This document shows positions 46,800-49,706 of a stretch of 49,706 nucleotides of DNA, piece by piece. Location of the stretch: the NCBI GenBank assembly GCA_020536535.1, contig JAHLWZ010000912.1:1-49706 (forward strand), given 5' to 3'. Position 1 is the stretch's first letter; each line of letters starts with the position of its first letter. The notes beneath the pieces were generated by a model, which searched no databases, was not told where the DNA came from, and saw only the letters and a program-made list of their open reading frames with translations. This DNA comes from Pelomyxa schiedti. Its lineage: Eukaryota > Protista > Evosea. Made by a program: the position numbers and the translations under genes.

Positions 46800-48524
46800 A
46801 TCAACACCTCTACTGAAGTGTGTAATTGACAGTAATTTTTATAGGGTGTGATGACTGTGTGGACTTGGGTTACTGTGCATGCAAGAAGCAAAATCGAGAC
46901 CAACAAACATGTAGTATTTGTGGCAAAGGTTTTTGCTCTAACTGCCCGTATGAACACACTTTTTCTTTTTATTTTTAAGTGTCTAGAAAATGCACTTGTA
47001 TTTGCAGTGATGAAACAAAAGAAGAATCTCACAGTGCATGGCCATGGAAGAGGTTTACCACATGGAGTCAAAAATGGCAAAAAAAACTGAATGAGGAAGA
47101 TACTGAGGAAATCTTCAATGCCTCAGCTAGCAGTGACCCCTGGCAGCGCGATTTTGCAATGCATCATATGTTATTCAGGTCAGATCTCCAGGATTCCCTG
47201 CGACAGCAATACCAAAGGCCACAATTTTCAGGTTGTTTTTGTTTCTTTTTCTTTACAACTCATTACTAAACAGGAACAACAACATCACAATCGACAACAA
47301 CTATGACTTCTGTGAGGAATGCAAGGCAAGGTGGATGTGACAGTGGAGGAAGAAGAAGAGACCCACAACAGGAAGAAAAGCAACAAAGATGACACTTCCA
47401 ATGGAAACCAAGAGTTGGAGTTTCTAGACCAGGATGAGGATGACCAAGACTCAGGTCTGAACCAAGGTTTATCATGCAGTAATCAACATCAAACTTATTT
47501 TAAAAAAGGTACTGATGCTCAGGAACCACCAATGAAAAAAGGCCGGGCACAGATGCTTGATGCTTTGAAAAGTATTGTATTCTTTCACTTTCATTATCTT
47601 CATGGTGTTTCAGAATTCATTCTTTACATGACACCATTATGTGAGAGTACTGATATAACCAAAGCAGTCCTTTCTTTTTTCTGTCATGCAGGCTTATGAA
47701 GGCACAGTTTTCTATCAACAGTCTAATGACATGATGATCCACAGGCTGTTGGAGGCTGCTTCAACTTTCCATCAGACTACAGGCGAACCAGATGGTTTTT
47801 AAAAAGTGTTAATTCTCTTACAGGAGGAGATTTGTTCCACAGAATAGATACAAGTTTCCCCTCTCCATTATCCAAACAGACCTGCCCCCCTCAACACCAG
47901 GGGTACCTGTATCAATGGAACCAGGAGTAGCAACAATCCCCAAAAGTGGACTCACAGCAACAGCACTGGGGAATAATCTAGCAGTAACCACTGGAATCAA
48001 AGCAATAGGGAATGGGTCTTCTACAGAAGTTACTAATGGACTAACCAATCAGCTTCCTTTCAATCAAAACAGTGTGCACATTAACCAAAATTTAACAAAT
48101 ACTTACACACCTGCCACAAATACTTCCGCACATGGAACATATACTTCCGCACCTAAAACAATGGCACCGGCACCTGTTGCAAATACTTCCGCACCAGTAA
48201 CAAACACATCCGCACTTGTAACAAACACATTCGCGCCTGTTGTGAATACTTCCATGCCTACAACACCTGGAAGTCATACTGGGCACTTTGTTGCCACTGC
48301 CACTGCAGCTGCAAGTGACAGGACAAGCCAGGATAATGATGTTCCTCCAAGCACTTGACCCATTTGATCCTTCTGTGTTTATTAATGACTGCCCACCACC
48401 TCCACCAGGGCCTCCTACATACTCATTCCAAATTCCCCCTGGTTATGTATTGGTACCTAAAAAGATCATCGAGATACCCAAGGCCTTTCCTTTGACTTTG
48501 GAATCCTTTATAAACGCACAGTGA
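46800..48524 (+). CDS. Hypothetical multi-exon protein (possibly degenerate) with acidic tract and Thr/Ser-rich repeats
   Basis: Exon-like ORFs 46979-47230, 47319-47570 and 47915-48358 are separated by AT-rich GT..AG segments. Frame continuity not established. Confidence 0.35.
48095..48262 (+). repeat. Coding minisatellite, 8 x 21 bp (7-aa TNTSAPV-like repeat)
   Basis: acaaatacttccgcacc-like units every 21 nt: TNTYTPA TNTSAHG TYTSAPK TMAPAPV ANTSAPV TNTSALV TNTFAPV VNTSMPT. Confidence 0.8.
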
Positions 48525-48592
48525 GTTCACCTCATTTCTATACAAAAATATACAAAAACACAAATACAAAATCCCAACACAAATACCTACAC

Positions 48593-49706
48593 TCAAATGT
48601 ATCCATTCATTCCAAGATGAATAAAATACTTTGTGCCTCTTTGTTCTCTTTTGGTGCAGTTTCCCACCCAAGGAAACAGTGCATCCTGTGCATGCAGGGG
48701 ATAGTGAAGGGAGCTGAATAATTGGTCCTGTGGACCATGTCCATGTCCAGGAAGAAGCATGCCAATCTCAATGGATCTTACCCACTGCTTAGCCACCAGC
48801 ATTCCACAGTATAAGAATGAGGTCATGCATTTATTTACAGTGGCGTTTTCAAAGGTCAGGTACAGTTTCTTGTATTGAAAGCGGTTCTTGGCTGTGCCAG
48901 TCTGCCTGGCAAGGGGGATGGGTAAAAACATCCTGGTAAGATTCTGATGGAGAATTGAAAGAACTATGTTGGAATTGTTATTCCATATGTCCGGGTATAA
49001 TAGCCCTGTCTTGGTTCCCCAAATCCTGGATGCCCATGATGTGCAAAGCATACTTTGCACAACCCTGAGAGAGAGTCGTACACCTCCGAAAATGAGGCAG
49101 AACGAGATGTTGCTTAGCATCCATGCACACAGCACCCAATTCAGCTGGGAAGTTTCTTGCCTTGGCATATTTATGGTCTTGGTACCAAGGTGAAGCTTGG
49201 TGTGTGCATCAATGGTCCCAATAAGACTAGAAGTTATCCACTCCATGGAACTCCTCTGCTTTGCAGATTCTCTGGAACAGCGGAGATCAAGAGCCCCTCT
49301 ATTCCCAAAGTTAACAAATTTGGACAAACACTGCCCTCACTCTCACCTGTTTTACCTGGACCCATCTATGTATGCATGGAGATTGGTAAGGCGCTCATGT
49401 CCAATTCCATAAAAAAAGCAAAATGCTGCTCGCACACAGTCCTCCCTGTGTTGACTGGTGTCAAAACGAAGGGAAATTGAAAATAGAGATCGTAATGGAA
49501 ATGAGAGTGATAACGGAAACACCTTTGAACATGTACATGTGGTGAGTGAAATTTTTGCAGTTTTTCCACCAAGTATGTATCTTGATCAGCTTTTATTTTG
49601 GAGTGTAGTTTCACTCGGTGTTGTTCAATTTCAGCAGGAGTAAAAGCTGTCACACAATTCCTCAGGCAGCACTGTATTACAGCTTGAGCGGCGCACGTTG
49701 CTGACA
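48593..49706 (-). mobile_element. Degenerate DDD/E transposase (Sola-like), running off the window end
   Basis: NSNIVLSIL...KKLYLTFENATVNKC..FLYCGMLV...IEIGMLLPGHGHGPQDQLFS resembles the LYLxxDN..NK..GHTH..DQxFS transposase core as I recall it. Upstream frames are broken. Confidence 0.6.

Noticed and set aside
1-49706. Prokaryotic origin, operon or CRISPR array (suggested by nadB, dacB and ACS)
   Set aside because: These genes all contain spliceosomal introns and sit among eukaryote-specific genes (p24, Sec20, eIF2D, BCAS3). No repeat-spacer array, rRNA or tRNA was seen.

Overview
Gene-dense eukaryotic (protist) DNA with many short (~40-90 nt) spliceosomal introns, so the ORF track fragments nearly every gene. 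I rebuilt the gene models by hand, and exon borders are approximate unless stated. An ADP-forming acetyl-CoA synthetase, bacterial-type enzymes and the gene style suggest an anaerobic amoeba, probably an archamoeba such as Pelomyxa (inference). Recognisable genes: L-aspartate oxidase (NadB), p24/TMED, an ankyrin-repeat protein, gamma-glutamyl hydrolase, ADP-forming ACS, Sec20, PBP4/DacB, DGAT2, BCAS3/ATG18-like and eIF2D, plus a decayed DNA polymerase beta. Three chimeric proteins emerge only after splicing: a HAD phosphatase-GDPD fusion; an RCC1-repeat/F-box/Arf fusion whose Arf domain has lost the G2 Thr and the catalytic G3 Gln; and a transmembrane Cache-sensor/class I cyclic-nucleotide phosphodiesterase transcribed divergently from a secreted peptidoglycan DD-peptidase. 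The last 6.5 kb is a mobile/repeat zone: a 2.27-kb TA-flanked TIR element, a ~280-bp duplication and a degenerate Sola-like transposase.
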